Of a stretch of 64,000 bases of DNA, positions 30,727 to 40,147 are shown piece after piece. Under the pieces are notes generated by a model. That model made no database searches. It worked only from the letters and a program-made list of their open reading frames with translations, and had not been told where the DNA came from. The stretch's first letter is position 1. The number at the start of each line of letters is the position of its first letter. Source of the stretch: Bacteroidia bacterium (GTDB lineage Bacteria; Bacteroidota; Bacteroidia; Palsa-965); contig JALONL010000003.1 of the NCBI GenBank assembly GCA_025454955.1, forward strand, positions 271,426-335,425, given 5' to 3'. Made by a program: the position numbers and the translations under genes.

Positions 30727-31365
30727 TTAATATCTTTCGATTTCGTTTTTACCTTCCTTTTCGCCCTTGGGCGGCAGCGGCATGGGCACGTTTCCTGTGC
30801 GGGTTTTAATCAGTTCCAGATATTGATTAACGCGCGGAACGAGTGTATCGTATTGCGAACTGGCCTGAATATATCTTTTTTGGATATCGCCCGCAAAAGC
30901 GTACAACTGGCTGGCCTGTCTTGCTTCATACGCCACGGCCGAATCGGGTGTGATTCCGGCATTAAGCGAGTTGGAACGAAGATCATTTACCAGATTGCCC
31001 AAATTGATGCGTGTGGAATCGATGGCGCGGCGCAGCAGGCCGTGGTTTTTTTCCACCACTTCAAAATTTTTGTACAGCGAACGGTAATCGGTGAGGAACA
31101 ATGCCGTGTTAAAGTCAAGCGTATCGCCCATTTTGGGAATGCTTGACTGTATAAACTGCGAATTGTTTTTTATTTGCCGGGCAATATCTTCGGCTTTTTC
31201 GGCATCTACTTTATTGAGAATCGAATCGGCACTGCCGAGTACGGCGGCGAGTTTTTCGGCTTCCACGGCGGCTTTTTCGTTGGCTGCGGGTGTTCCGCAA
31301 CCGGCCAGCAGTAAAAGGCCCAGAGCCGATGCAAGAATGTTGTTTGTGTTCATACGCCTGTTCAT
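30727..31365 (-). CDS. Hypothetical helical lipoprotein
   Basis: Lipobox LLAGC. Coupled between serS and the TPR gene. Start may be the second Met. Confidence 0.7.
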   Translation of the reverse strand: MNRRMNTNNILASALGLLLLAGCGTPAANEKAAVEAEKLAAVLGSADSILNKVDAEKAEDIARQIKNNSQFIQSSIPKMGDTLDFNTALFLTDYRSLYKNFEVVEKNHGLLRRAIDSTRINLGNLVNDLRSNSLNAGITPDSAVAYEARQASQLYAFAGDIQKRYIQASSQYDTLVPRVNQYLELIKTRTGNVPMPLPPKGEKEGKNEIERY

Positions 31366-32639
31366 CAGTTAATCCATTCAAAGCCGGTGTACCTGTGCAG
31401 CACATCGGGCAGGCGAATGCCTTCGGGTGTCTGGTTGTTTTCGAGCAATGCGGCCACAATTCGGGGCAGGGCCAGTGCGCTGCCGTTGAGTGTGTGCGCA
31501 AGCTGTGTTTTGCCGGTGCCTTCGCGGAAACGGAGTTTCAGTCGGTTGCTCTGGAAACTTTCGAAGTTTGACACCGAACTTACTTCAAGCCAACGCTGCT
31601 GTGCGGCAGAAAACACTTCCATGTCGTAAGTTTTGGCCGATGCAAAACTCATATCGCCTCCGCACAGCAGCAGGGTGCGGAAGGGGAGATCGAGGTCTTT
31701 GAGCAAACCGGCTACAAAGTGGCGCATTTCTTCGAGCACTTCGTAGGAATTGGCTGGATTGGCCACCTGTACAATTTCTACTTTATCAAACTGGTGCAAA
31801 CGGTTAAGGCCGCGCACGTCTTTGCCATACGAACCGGCTTCGCGACGGAAGCAGGGTGTGTATCCGCAGTTTTTTACCGGAAGTTCTTCGGCCTGAAGAA
31901 TTACATCGCGGTAAATATTGGTAATGGGTACTTCGGCAGTGGGAATGAGATAGAGTTCATCTTCATTCACATAATACATCTGTCCTTCCTTATCAGGAAG
32001 CTGGCCGGTGCCAAACCCTGAATCTTTATTTACCAGAATGGGCGGCTGCACTTCGAGATAACCGGCGGCGGTGGCGCGGTCGAGGAAGAAGTTGATGAGT
32101 GCGCGCTGCAGCCTTGCGCCTTTGCCTTTGTACACGGGGAAACCGGCACCGGTAAGTTTTACACCCAGTTCAAAATCGATAAGGTCGTATTTTGAAGCGA
32201 GATCCCAGTGCGGCACGGCACCTTCGTAGAGTGCGGGCACGGTGCCGTGTTCAAATACCACGGCATTGTCTTCGGGTGTGCGTCCGGGAGGCACTTCGTG
32301 ATGCGGCAGGTTGGGCAGTTGCACGAGCATTTCGTGCAGCTCGGTTTCAAAGCCCGCAAGCGTGGCTTCGAGATTTTTGATGGTTTCTTTGAGCGCCGTG
32401 CTTTTGTTTTTAAAGTCTTCGGCCTCGTCTTTTTTTCCGGCTTTCATCAGATTGCCAATTTGCCCGGCAATCTGGTTGGCATCGGCTTTCAGGCTGTCCG
32501 ATTCCACCTGGGCGCGCCTGCGGTCGGCATCTTTGGCAAGGATAGCGTCAACAAGCACATCCGCATTCTTCACATTTTTTTTGGTGAGGCGTTGGATGGT
32601 TTCTTCCCTGTTGTCGCGGATAAAATTGAGTTGCAGCAT
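31365..32639 (-). CDS. serS: Serine--tRNA ligase
   Basis: Motifs GTGQLP, LIPTAEVP, FRREAGSYG, RLHQFDKVE and HTLNGSALA. TAACTTTG box at 32662-32669. Confidence 0.98.
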   Translation of the reverse strand: MLQLNFIRDNREETIQRLTKKNVKNADVLVDAILAKDADRRRAQVESDSLKADANQIAGQIGNLMKAGKKDEAEDFKNKSTALKETIKNLEATLAGFETELHEMLVQLPNLPHHEVPPGRTPEDNAVVFEHGTVPALYEGAVPHWDLASKYDLIDFELGVKLTGAGFPVYKGKGARLQRALINFFLDRATAAGYLEVQPPILVNKDSGFGTGQLPDKEGQMYYVNEDELYLIPTAEVPITNIYRDVILQAEELPVKNCGYTPCFRREAGSYGKDVRGLNRLHQFDKVEIVQVANPANSYEVLEEMRHFVAGLLKDLDLPFRTLLLCGGDMSFASAKTYDMEVFSAAQQRWLEVSSVSNFESFQSNRLKLRFREGTGKTQLAHTLNGSALALPRIVAALLENNQTPEGIRLPDVLHRYTGFEWIN

Positions 32640-32683
32640 ATATGTTTGAAAATACAGTGTTCAAAGTTAGCACGTTTGCGTGT

Positions 32684-33433
32684 TCAGTGGGCGGCGGTTT
32701 GTGGTAAATAGTGACTAATTACCAGCCATATTCCCACCAGCAGCAGCAAAACGAGCAGAAGTTTACGCCAGAAAGTTTCTTCGAGGCGCATCACTAATTT
32801 TTTGCCCATCCACGAACCCACCCAGGCCACCACCAGCAGCACGGGCACCCAAATCAGCCCCGAATCGGGCAGGTAGTCGAATTGCAGGTACACCACGGCC
32901 CGCAGCAAATCAACACCCATGTCTATGGCCGCCGAAGTGGCAATAAACGCTTCCTTCCCCAGCCCGAAAGCCGCCAGTCCCAATCCGCGAATGGCTCCGC
33001 CGGTGCCCACCAGTCCGGCAAAGAAACCGGCCGTGCCTCCGGTTACAATGGCAGTTCCGGCTACCGGTTTGAGCTTCAGTTTGGGCATTATCAGCAGCAG
33101 CGTGCTCAGCAAAATAATGGAAATACCCAGCAGCAGGGTGGCCGTTTCGGAACTGATGTGCGCCGTAAGCTGTGCGCCCACCCACACCAATGCCACACTC
33201 GGAATGCCAAACAGCAGCAGCAAGCGCCGGTTTATATTTCCGCGAAACAGCCAGAGTTTCGAAATATTGCTGAACACATGCAGCAAAGCCGTAAGCGCCA
33301 GCACCGTATGCAGGTCGAAAAAAAGCCCCGCCACCGGCACAAAAAACACCGACGAGCCAAACCCGCCCACCGTGCCGATAATTTCGGACAGTAAGGCAAG
33401 CAGCGAGAAAAGTATGCCGGCAATAACGCTCAC
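32684..33433 (-). CDS. TauE/SafE family membrane protein
   Basis: About 8 TM segments with duplicated Gly-rich motifs (GTVGGFGSS, AGLVGTGG). GTG start. Confidence 0.85.
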   Translation of the reverse strand: MSVIAGILFSLLALLSEIIGTVGGFGSSVFFVPVAGLFFDLHTVLALTALLHVFSNISKLWLFRGNINRRLLLLFGIPSVALVWVGAQLTAHISSETATLLLGISIILLSTLLLIMPKLKLKPVAGTAIVTGGTAGFFAGLVGTGGAIRGLGLAAFGLGKEAFIATSAAIDMGVDLLRAVVYLQFDYLPDSGLIWVPVLLVVAWVGSWMGKKLVMRLEETFWRKLLLVLLLLVGIWLVISHYLPQTAAH

Positions 33434-33464
33434 CTGAGATCAGGGTTTGTGAATTGGTAAAAAT

Positions 33465-33501
33465 AGAAAAACCGTTTCGGGGATTGATGCCGAAACGGTT
33501 T
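33465..33501 (-). terminator. Terminator after rplU-rpmA
   Basis: Stem AAACCGTTTCGG/CCGAAACGGTTT. Confidence 0.75.
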
Positions 33502-33525
33502 CTGAAAGAGCTGAAGTACGATCAG

Positions 33526-33789
33526 TTAGTCGGCCTGGATAGGGTCAACTGATACATACGACTTGTTGTCGCGTTTTTTGCGGAAAGCAACAATACCGTC
33601 CACGAGGGCATACAAAGTATGGTCTTTGCCAATACCTACGTTCGGGCCGGGATTGTGACGTGTACCACGCTGGCGAACGATGATGTTGCCTGCAATGGCG
33701 AGCTGACCGCCGTATATTTTCACGCCGAGGCGTTTACTTTCGGATTCGCGGCCGTTCTTTACTTTACCTTCGCCTTTCTTGTGAGCCAT
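33526..33789 (-). CDS. rpmA: 50S ribosomal protein L27
   Basis: MAHKKG...NGRES.SKRLGVK and IIVRQRGT. Confidence 0.98.
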   Translation of the reverse strand: MAHKKGEGKVKNGRESESKRLGVKIYGGQLAIAGNIIVRQRGTRHNPGPNVGIGKDHTLYALVDGIVAFRKKRDNKSYVSVDPIQAD

Positions 33790-33817
33790 GGTGTAAAGTT
33801 GTTATTGGTTGGTAAAA

Positions 33818-34351
33818 TTAATCGTCGTTTTTCTTTTTAGCGGCTTTCTTGGCAGCGGGCTTTTTGGCGGCTGCTTTTTTAGCGGCTTTTTTGGGCTTTT
33901 CTTCGGCCACCTCTTCGGCTGCTTCGGGAGCGTCTTCGTTGTTCCAAACCTTTTTAGAGGGCTTCACGCGTGAACGCTCTTTGAGGGTAAGGATAGAAGC
34001 TACTTCGAGTTTGGCGTCGGCCTCGCTGAGTTTTTCACCTTTGCCGAGAACGGCCTGGATGAGAAGCTCGGTGAGTTGCTGACGGTGACCGTTCATTTTC
34101 TGATAGCCTTTGCGGCGTTTCTTTTTGAAAACGATCACTTTGTCGCCTTTCAGGTGTGAAAGAACTTTTGCGGCCACGCGGGCTCCGTCGATAACGGGTG
34201 AGCCTACGGTGATTTTGCCGCTGTTGTCAATGAGAAGGACCTTGTCGAGTTCGATGCTGGCACCTTCGTTAGCCTCGAGGCGGTGCACAAAAACCCGCTG
34301 GTTTTTGGCCACTTTGTACTGGAGCCCGGCTACTTCTACGATAGCGTACAT
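33818..34351 (-). CDS. rplU: 50S ribosomal protein L21 with C-terminal extension
   Basis: MYAIVE..G.QYKV and FKKKRRKGY...NGHRQ. TACCTTTG box at 34389-34396. Confidence 0.97.
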   Translation of the reverse strand: MYAIVEVAGLQYKVAKNQRVFVHRLEANEGASIELDKVLLIDNSGKITVGSPVIDGARVAAKVLSHLKGDKVIVFKKKRRKGYQKMNGHRQQLTELLIQAVLGKGEKLSEADAKLEVASILTLKERSRVKPSKKVWNNEDAPEAAEEVAEEKPKKAAKKAAAKKPAAKKAAKKKNDD

Positions 34352-34510
34352 ATTGAGTTGTGTTTAGTTTTTTCCCGATTCGGGACGGCAAAGGTAAATA
34401 AATTATCGAATCGCCCACTGCTTTTCCGCCTTTTTTCGGCAGAAAATCAGGGTGATGAAAGTTCTTTTTGTGCGCTCTATTTTGTTATCTCATTGAAAAA
34501 CAGTGGAATA

Positions 34511-35863
34511 CTAAATTTTTGCCAAAATGGCCTGTTCCACCTCGTCGGAGTCCCAGCGTTGTTCCAGATCGGGGAACCGGGACATTACTTCCTGCATAAT
34601 GGCTTCCTGCCGCTGGCCTTCGCGCAGGGCGGTGGAGTAGCGTATGTGCGGGCTGTAGGTGACCATGGAATACAGCGGAATCCATTTATCGGGGTATTTG
34701 GCACTGAAACGGGCTTCGATTTTCTTTTGGAGCAGGAATTTGGGGTCGGCGGTTTTGTCGCGCATTTCTATGAAATTGGCTAAGGCCAGGTCGGCCACGG
34801 CATCGCCATCGGGTTTGCGCAGGTGCTGGTATTCGGCCAGTATGTCGGGCCAGTTTTCGGCGTGTTTGTCGATGAGTTCGTTTAATACCACGCAGTCTTC
34901 GAAGCCGCAGTTCATGCCTTGTCCGTAAAACGGCACTATGGCGTGGGCAGCATCGCCAATGAGTGCGAGGCGGTCGGCAAAAGTCCAGGGATAGCATTTC
35001 ACCGTAACCAGCGACGAAGTGGGATTGGCGAAATAATCGTCGAGCAGGGTAGGCATTAGCGGCACGGCATCGGGGAAAACGCGGTCGAAAAATGCCTTTA
35101 CATCGTCGCGTGTTTTCAGTGCGGCAAACGACTCCTCGCCTTCAAACGGGAAAAACAGCGTGCAGGTAAAACTGCCGTCGGGATTGGGCAGCGCAATCAT
35201 CATATAATTTTTGCGCGGCCAGATGTGCAGGGCATTTTTCTCGAGTAAAAATTCGCCGTTTGGCCCGGCCGGAATGTTCAGCTCTTTGTAGCCGTGCTCA
35301 ATGTAAAACTGCCGGTATTCGAAACGGTCGTTGTGCAGCATCATGCTCAGCCGCGCCGCCGAAAAAGCACCGTCTGAGCCGAAAATAAGGTCGGAGGTAT
35401 GATGCGTTTCGGCCTGTGTATCGCCGTGGCGGAAAATGCTTTCGCCGTTTTTCAAATCAACTTTTTCGCAGGCCTGCTCGAAGTGCATGGTTACATTGGG
35501 CTGTGCCTCGGCCAGATCCATGAGCCGCATATTAATGCCGCCGCGCGATACCGACCAGATGGCCTGCCCGTCTTTGCCATACTGCTGAAACACCTGCGAG
35601 CCGTCAACGTGGTGAATCTGCCGCCCGTACATCGGTATCCCGATTTTACGTATTTCATCGGCAATGCCCACGCCTTCGAGTCCGCGCCAGCCGCGGTCGC
35701 TGAGGGCAAGGTTAATGGAGCGGCCGGCGTAAGCACCGCCTTTGCGCATATCGGCGCGGCGTTCGAATACATCAACTTTGTAGCCGCGCTTGGCGAGGTA
35801 AATGGATAGGAGTGAGCCTACAAGGCCCGCTCCGATAACGGTGGCTGATTTAGAAGTACTCAT
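34511..35863 (-). CDS. kmo: Kynurenine 3-monooxygenase
   Basis: Motifs IGAGLVG, GRSINLALS.RG, HGYKEL, ALHIWPR and GDAAHAIVPFYGQGMN. Confidence 0.95.
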   Translation of the reverse strand: MSTSKSATVIGAGLVGSLLSIYLAKRGYKVDVFERRADMRKGGAYAGRSINLALSDRGWRGLEGVGIADEIRKIGIPMYGRQIHHVDGSQVFQQYGKDGQAIWSVSRGGINMRLMDLAEAQPNVTMHFEQACEKVDLKNGESIFRHGDTQAETHHTSDLIFGSDGAFSAARLSMMLHNDRFEYRQFYIEHGYKELNIPAGPNGEFLLEKNALHIWPRKNYMMIALPNPDGSFTCTLFFPFEGEESFAALKTRDDVKAFFDRVFPDAVPLMPTLLDDYFANPTSSLVTVKCYPWTFADRLALIGDAAHAIVPFYGQGMNCGFEDCVVLNELIDKHAENWPDILAEYQHLRKPDGDAVADLALANFIEMRDKTADPKFLLQKKIEARFSAKYPDKWIPLYSMVTYSPHIRYSTALREGQRQEAIMQEVMSRFPDLEQRWDSDEVEQAILAKI

Positions 35864-36462
35864 TTAAGCAAAGATTCATTTAACACCTCCACCAGTTTAT
35901 GTACAGTGGTGTAAGGGCATTTTAGTGGATTTATGGGTTTATTGCGAAGTTCAAGTTGTTTGGCGTGCCGTATCGCTGCTCGTTGGCGTAGAAGCAAAGA
36001 GCGGTACATATCTTCCGATGATTTTGAATATTTGTAGCCAAGTAAATGGTTTAATTTGCTGATGTAATCTTTACGCCCCAAACCTGTTTCGAGCAAATGA
36101 AAGTGAAGATAATACCAAAGCTCAAACGATTCATTGGAATAGGCCAGATTAATGCCATGCTGCTCAGCCATTTTGTGTGCCAACGCCACAGCCGGGGCTG
36201 GAAATGAGTCGCGGTCAAGTACACACCAAACTTCATTGAAATGTATCTGCGCGCTTCTGTATTTTTCTCGCTGGGCAATGGTGTATTGAATCAATGAAAC
36301 CGTATTCATTCCGGTTCCCTCAATAATTGTCCGCGGCACCCTGAATCCTTTAAAGTAATTCGGTTCCGTTTTTCCACCCTCACAAACAATCAAAAAAGAA
36401 TTTCGGATTTCTTTTTTCGAAATTGAACGTTCAAAACGATTCTCTTTTGATCCCATTGGCAT
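35860..36462 (-). CDS. RloB family (TOPRIM-like) protein
   Basis: Motifs IVCEGGKTEPNYF, WCVLDRD, SNESFELWYYLHF and PYT.V..LV. Confidence 0.88.
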   Translation of the reverse strand: MPMGSKENRFERSISKKEIRNSFLIVCEGGKTEPNYFKGFRVPRTIIEGTGMNTVSLIQYTIAQREKYRSAQIHFNEVWCVLDRDSFPAPAVALAHKMAEQHGINLAYSNESFELWYYLHFHLLETGLGRKDYISKLNHLLGYKYSKSSEDMYRSLLLRQRAAIRHAKQLELRNKPINPLKCPYTTVHKLVEVLNESLLK

Positions 36463-36465
36463 CCG

Positions 36466-37803
36466 TTAGTTCATTATGGTGGATGAAAATGCAGAACTAA
36501 AGGGAACACCACCTAAAAGACCGTCAAGATAGGCTTTGCGAATATCCTTGTCGTGCTTTAGTTTGAAATCAGCCACAGAAAAAAGCCTGCTTTCGCCAAA
36601 TTCGGTTTTTTCGGTTAACCATATTTCATCTCGTCTGAACAGGTGTGTGCTCATTTGCATCACATCATGTGTGGTGGCAATAAGTTGCCCCTGGGCAAAA
36701 TCAGAATGGTTAAGAAAGTATTCAAAAAATTGACGCACAAGTTTCGGATGGAGGCTACGGTCAATTTCATCAATCACACACACACCGCCTTTCATAAGAC
36801 TGAAAAGCAACGGAATAAGATCCATCATGCGTTGTGTGCCATCCGACTCTTCCGAAATCTCAAAGAAAATATCTTTGTTTTCCCTTGTTTTATGTATGGT
36901 GGTTAATTTATAGGCTTTGATTTTGCCTTTTTCCATCTCAAAAATATAGCGCAAACCACTTGATGAAGGAACGATGGATATCTGATTTTCTTCAAAGGAA
37001 TGAACTATATCTTCAATTACAATTGACGGCAAATCGGGTATTTTCTCAATATCTGTTTCTGTGCATTCAATGCCTGATATGCCGGTGTCAAAGCCACGTA
37101 AAAAAGCAGAGAACCGTTCTTTAAAATCAATATTATTCTTAATATGAAATTCCAGCAACCCGAATTTTGATTCAGGAAAAACAAGTGTAAGCTGGTCGTC
37201 GAACCAGTTATAGACAGATTGAAAAAACTCGTCGTTGTTTTCGGCAAGCTTGCGGAGCAACAGTTGTTCGGGACGTGTGGCATCCTGCGCAAACTGATAA
37301 AATGCGGCCGTTTTACTGCCAATTTTCGTAATTCCCGGATTGTAGGTTACATCAACATCGCCCTTAACTGATGTGGTGCGTAAATAAATATTTTTCTCTG
37401 TTGTTTTTTTCTGTTCGGTAAGCCATTCTTTACGAATTCTGTAGCGCGTAAACTCAAATCCGTATGTGAAAATCCGGTCACCAATTTTGATATCAAATTC
37501 AAAACGGGTAGGCTTCTTCAGCATTTCGGCATCCAGCCTGAAAGGTGTGTATGGCAGGGGTTTTCCCGGAGCAAAGGACCCGGTAAGCATTAACTTTGCC
37601 ACCTGCATGGCTTTAATCAGATTCGATTTTCCCGAAGCATTTGCCCCGTAAATTACCGCTGTCCGCAATACATCAATGGAAAAGCGGGAATCGTTTCCCT
37701 TAACCACATGTTTGTTATGGATTGCCTCTCGCGAAGCAACCATATTTAAAACCTGTTCCTTTTTAAAGGAAAGGAAATTCGACACAGCGAAACGAATCAA
37801 CAT
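36466..37803 (-). CDS. RloA-like ABC-type ATPase (AAA_21)
   Basis: NFLSF, Walker A YGANASGKSN, ESDGTQR, IDEIDRSLHP, ATTHD, RRDEIW and YLDG.LGGVP. Confidence 0.9.
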   Translation of the reverse strand: MLIRFAVSNFLSFKKEQVLNMVASREAIHNKHVVKGNDSRFSIDVLRTAVIYGANASGKSNLIKAMQVAKLMLTGSFAPGKPLPYTPFRLDAEMLKKPTRFEFDIKIGDRIFTYGFEFTRYRIRKEWLTEQKKTTEKNIYLRTTSVKGDVDVTYNPGITKIGSKTAAFYQFAQDATRPEQLLLRKLAENNDEFFQSVYNWFDDQLTLVFPESKFGLLEFHIKNNIDFKERFSAFLRGFDTGISGIECTETDIEKIPDLPSIVIEDIVHSFEENQISIVPSSSGLRYIFEMEKGKIKAYKLTTIHKTRENKDIFFEISEESDGTQRMMDLIPLLFSLMKGGVCVIDEIDRSLHPKLVRQFFEYFLNHSDFAQGQLIATTHDVMQMSTHLFRRDEIWLTEKTEFGESRLFSVADFKLKHDKDIRKAYLDGLLGGVPFSSAFSSTIMN

Positions 37804-37852
37804 TCCTTCAATTTTCTACAAATCTAACGATTTTTTCACCGAAACTGCAAAT

Positions 37853-39124
37853 TTATCTCTCCAAAGCCCCATTTAATACACTTCCAAACCGCCACACATC
37901 CTCAAACGAGTTATACAGCGGCACCGGCGCAGTACGTATTACATTGGGCTCGCGCCAGTCGGCAATTACGCCTTTGGCGGTGAGTGCGTCAAAGAGTTTT
38001 CGTCCGTAGCCGTGTGCTACAATGCTTAGCTGGCATCCGCGTTCGGCTTTGTTTCGCGGGGTGATTATTTCGAGGCAGTTGCCGTGTGCGGCGCTCACCG
38101 TGTCGATGATAAATTCGAGGTAGCCGGTGAGTTTTTCGCTTTTGGCGCAGAGTGCGGGCATTCCGGCGCGGGCAAAAATTTCGAGCGAGGCTTTGTGTGC
38201 GGCCATCGAAAGCACGGGGGCATTGCTCAGTTGCCAGCCTTCGGCACCGGGAATGGGCACAAAGCCTTTTTCCATTTTAAACCGTACGGTTTTGTCGTGG
38301 CCCCACCAGCCCGCCAGCCTGGGCAGGTTGCTGTGGGCGTGGCGTTCGTGTACAAATGCACCGGCCACGCTGCCGGGGCCGCTGTTGAGGTATTTGTAGC
38401 TGCACCAGGCGGCAAAGTCCACATTCCATTCGTGCAGTTTAAGCTGTACGTTGCCTGCGGCGTGCGCAAGATCCCAGCCGGCAAAAGCACCCACGCGGTG
38501 TGCGGCGGCGGTAATGGCAGCCATGTCGAAAAGCTGACCGCTGTAATAGTTTACACCGCCTATCATTACCAGCGCCAGCGAGTCACCGGCATTTTCGATG
38601 GCGGCAATTACGTCTTCGGTACGTATGGTATGTTCGCCCGCCCGCGGGGCAACTTCAATTATGGCTTCTTCGGGCTCGTATCCGTGCCATTTTACCTGTG
38701 TTTCGAGGGCGTATTGGTCTGACGGAAAAGCCTTTTGCTCGCACACAATTTTGTAGCGCAGTCCGCGCGGGCGGTAAAACGAGGCCATCAGGAAGTGCAG
38801 GTTCGAAGTGAGCTGGTTCATCACCACCACCTCAATGGGTTTTGCGCCCACCAAAGCAGCTGCATTTTCGGTAAGCAATTCGTGGTACGAAAACCAGGGA
38901 TTGCGGGCCTCAAAATGGCCTTCCACACCAAATTTTGCCCAGTCGTCGAGTTCCTGCAAAATGGCATCGCGCGTAGTACGCGGCTGCAGCCCGAGCGAAT
39001 TGCCGGTAAAATAAACCGTATCGCGTCCGTCGTGCTGCGGAATGAGAAATTGCTGACGGAACTCTTTCAGCGGATCGGCCGCATCCAATTGCTGCGCAAA
39101 GGCAAGCGTGTTTTCGTAATTCAT
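37853..39124 (-). CDS. kynU: Kynureninase
   Basis: Motifs [38 protein letters not shown] and APVPLYN. Start at MNYENT. Confidence 0.96.
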   Translation of the reverse strand: MNYENTLAFAQQLDAADPLKEFRQQFLIPQHDGRDTVYFTGNSLGLQPRTTRDAILQELDDWAKFGVEGHFEARNPWFSYHELLTENAAALVGAKPIEVVVMNQLTSNLHFLMASFYRPRGLRYKIVCEQKAFPSDQYALETQVKWHGYEPEEAIIEVAPRAGEHTIRTEDVIAAIENAGDSLALVMIGGVNYYSGQLFDMAAITAAAHRVGAFAGWDLAHAAGNVQLKLHEWNVDFAAWCSYKYLNSGPGSVAGAFVHERHAHSNLPRLAGWWGHDKTVRFKMEKGFVPIPGAEGWQLSNAPVLSMAAHKASLEIFARAGMPALCAKSEKLTGYLEFIIDTVSAAHGNCLEIITPRNKAERGCQLSIVAHGYGRKLFDALTAKGVIADWREPNVIRTAPVPLYNSFEDVWRFGSVLNGALER

Positions 39125-39195
39125 AGCTAAAGTAAGAGGCGTAAAAATACGCATGTCTGGCACTTACACGCTGACCTTTGTCATGTACCCTCACT

Positions 39196-39232
39196 AAAAA
39201 AAAACAGCGGCCCCGCCGGGAGCCGCTGTTTT
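39196..39232 (-). terminator. Intrinsic terminator
   Basis: Stem AAAACAGCGGC/GCCGCTGTTTT with a U9 tract on the minus strand. Confidence 0.8.
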
Positions 39233-39254
39233 CCACAACAACAAGGTATTTGAA

Positions 39255-39923
39255 TTAATTCACTACCTGGAAATTCTTGTTCACTGCGCGGTATTTTATT
39301 GTCATTACCCCGCCCGCATCGGGTTTTTGCACAGGTGTGGTAATGGTGAATCTGTCCATTAATCCCACATAAGCACCCAGCGCAGTATTTTGCAGCGAAC
39401 TGGCTTGTACTTTAATGGAATCTTCGCCGGGAGTGGTTTCGGTGTAGGAATTAAAAGCCACGCCTAGGTAAATGGTTTCGCCCGCGCTCACCGTAGTGCC
39501 CACCCAGGGGAAACGTGTATCCTGCGATTTTGAAATGTCAATCACCGAAGGAGTGGCAGGAAAATCAACCGCTTCGAGCGTGTCTGTGGTGTTGGTATAA
39601 AGAGTACCGTCGCCGTTTTTATATACGAATGTTCCTGCAGGTACAAGGCCGGTGTAAATTTTTTCATACACTCCGGTAGTGGCATTGTGCAGGAGAAGAT
39701 CGCCGTTGAATTTCACTTCCGATGGCGCCGAAAGTTCGAGCGAAGTGCCGGTGGCATTTCCAAAAGTGAAATAGGCCTTGGCATAAGTTTTATTCTCATT
39801 CTTATCGTAAAACAATTCGTAATGAGTATAAATGCGGGTTTGATCCACACTGCTCGATTCTTCCTGCTGGCAGGAACCCATCAGCATCATTACGGCTAAA
39901 ATGCCGGGCAATAACTTTTTCAT
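39255..39923 (-). CDS. Hypothetical beta-rich lipoprotein
   Basis: Lipobox LMGSC and a 222-aa ORF followed by a terminator. Confidence 0.75.
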   Translation of the reverse strand: MKKLLPGILAVMMLMGSCQQEESSSVDQTRIYTHYELFYDKNENKTYAKAYFTFGNATGTSLELSAPSEVKFNGDLLLHNATTGVYEKIYTGLVPAGTFVYKNGDGTLYTNTTDTLEAVDFPATPSVIDISKSQDTRFPWVGTTVSAGETIYLGVAFNSYTETTPGEDSIKVQASSLQNTALGAYVGLMDRFTITTPVQKPDAGGVMTIKYRAVNKNFQVVN

Positions 39924-40147
39924 GATTTAAGGTTTTGGTGATAACTGCTGTATGCCGAAACTATGCCAGTTTAGATACAAATACAAAACAAATGCACAAA
40001 CAGCATTTTGCTTGAACGAACGACAGGCTGAATACCCATGCGAATTTGTTTAAACCGTGGCAGGGGCAGAGAGTGAAGGTTAAACAATACCTTGCCCGTT
40101 GGTTTGCCAGACGCTTTTTTTCGAAGATGTACTTACCTTTGCTGCCT

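Noticed and set aside
40046-40147. Upstream extensions of ORF-track starts (hemL; also the aminotransferase, gcvP, kynU, GNAT and the 61794 ORF)
   Set aside because: The extensions run through promoter boxes or intergenic DNA and lack family sequence. Downstream ATGs fit better.
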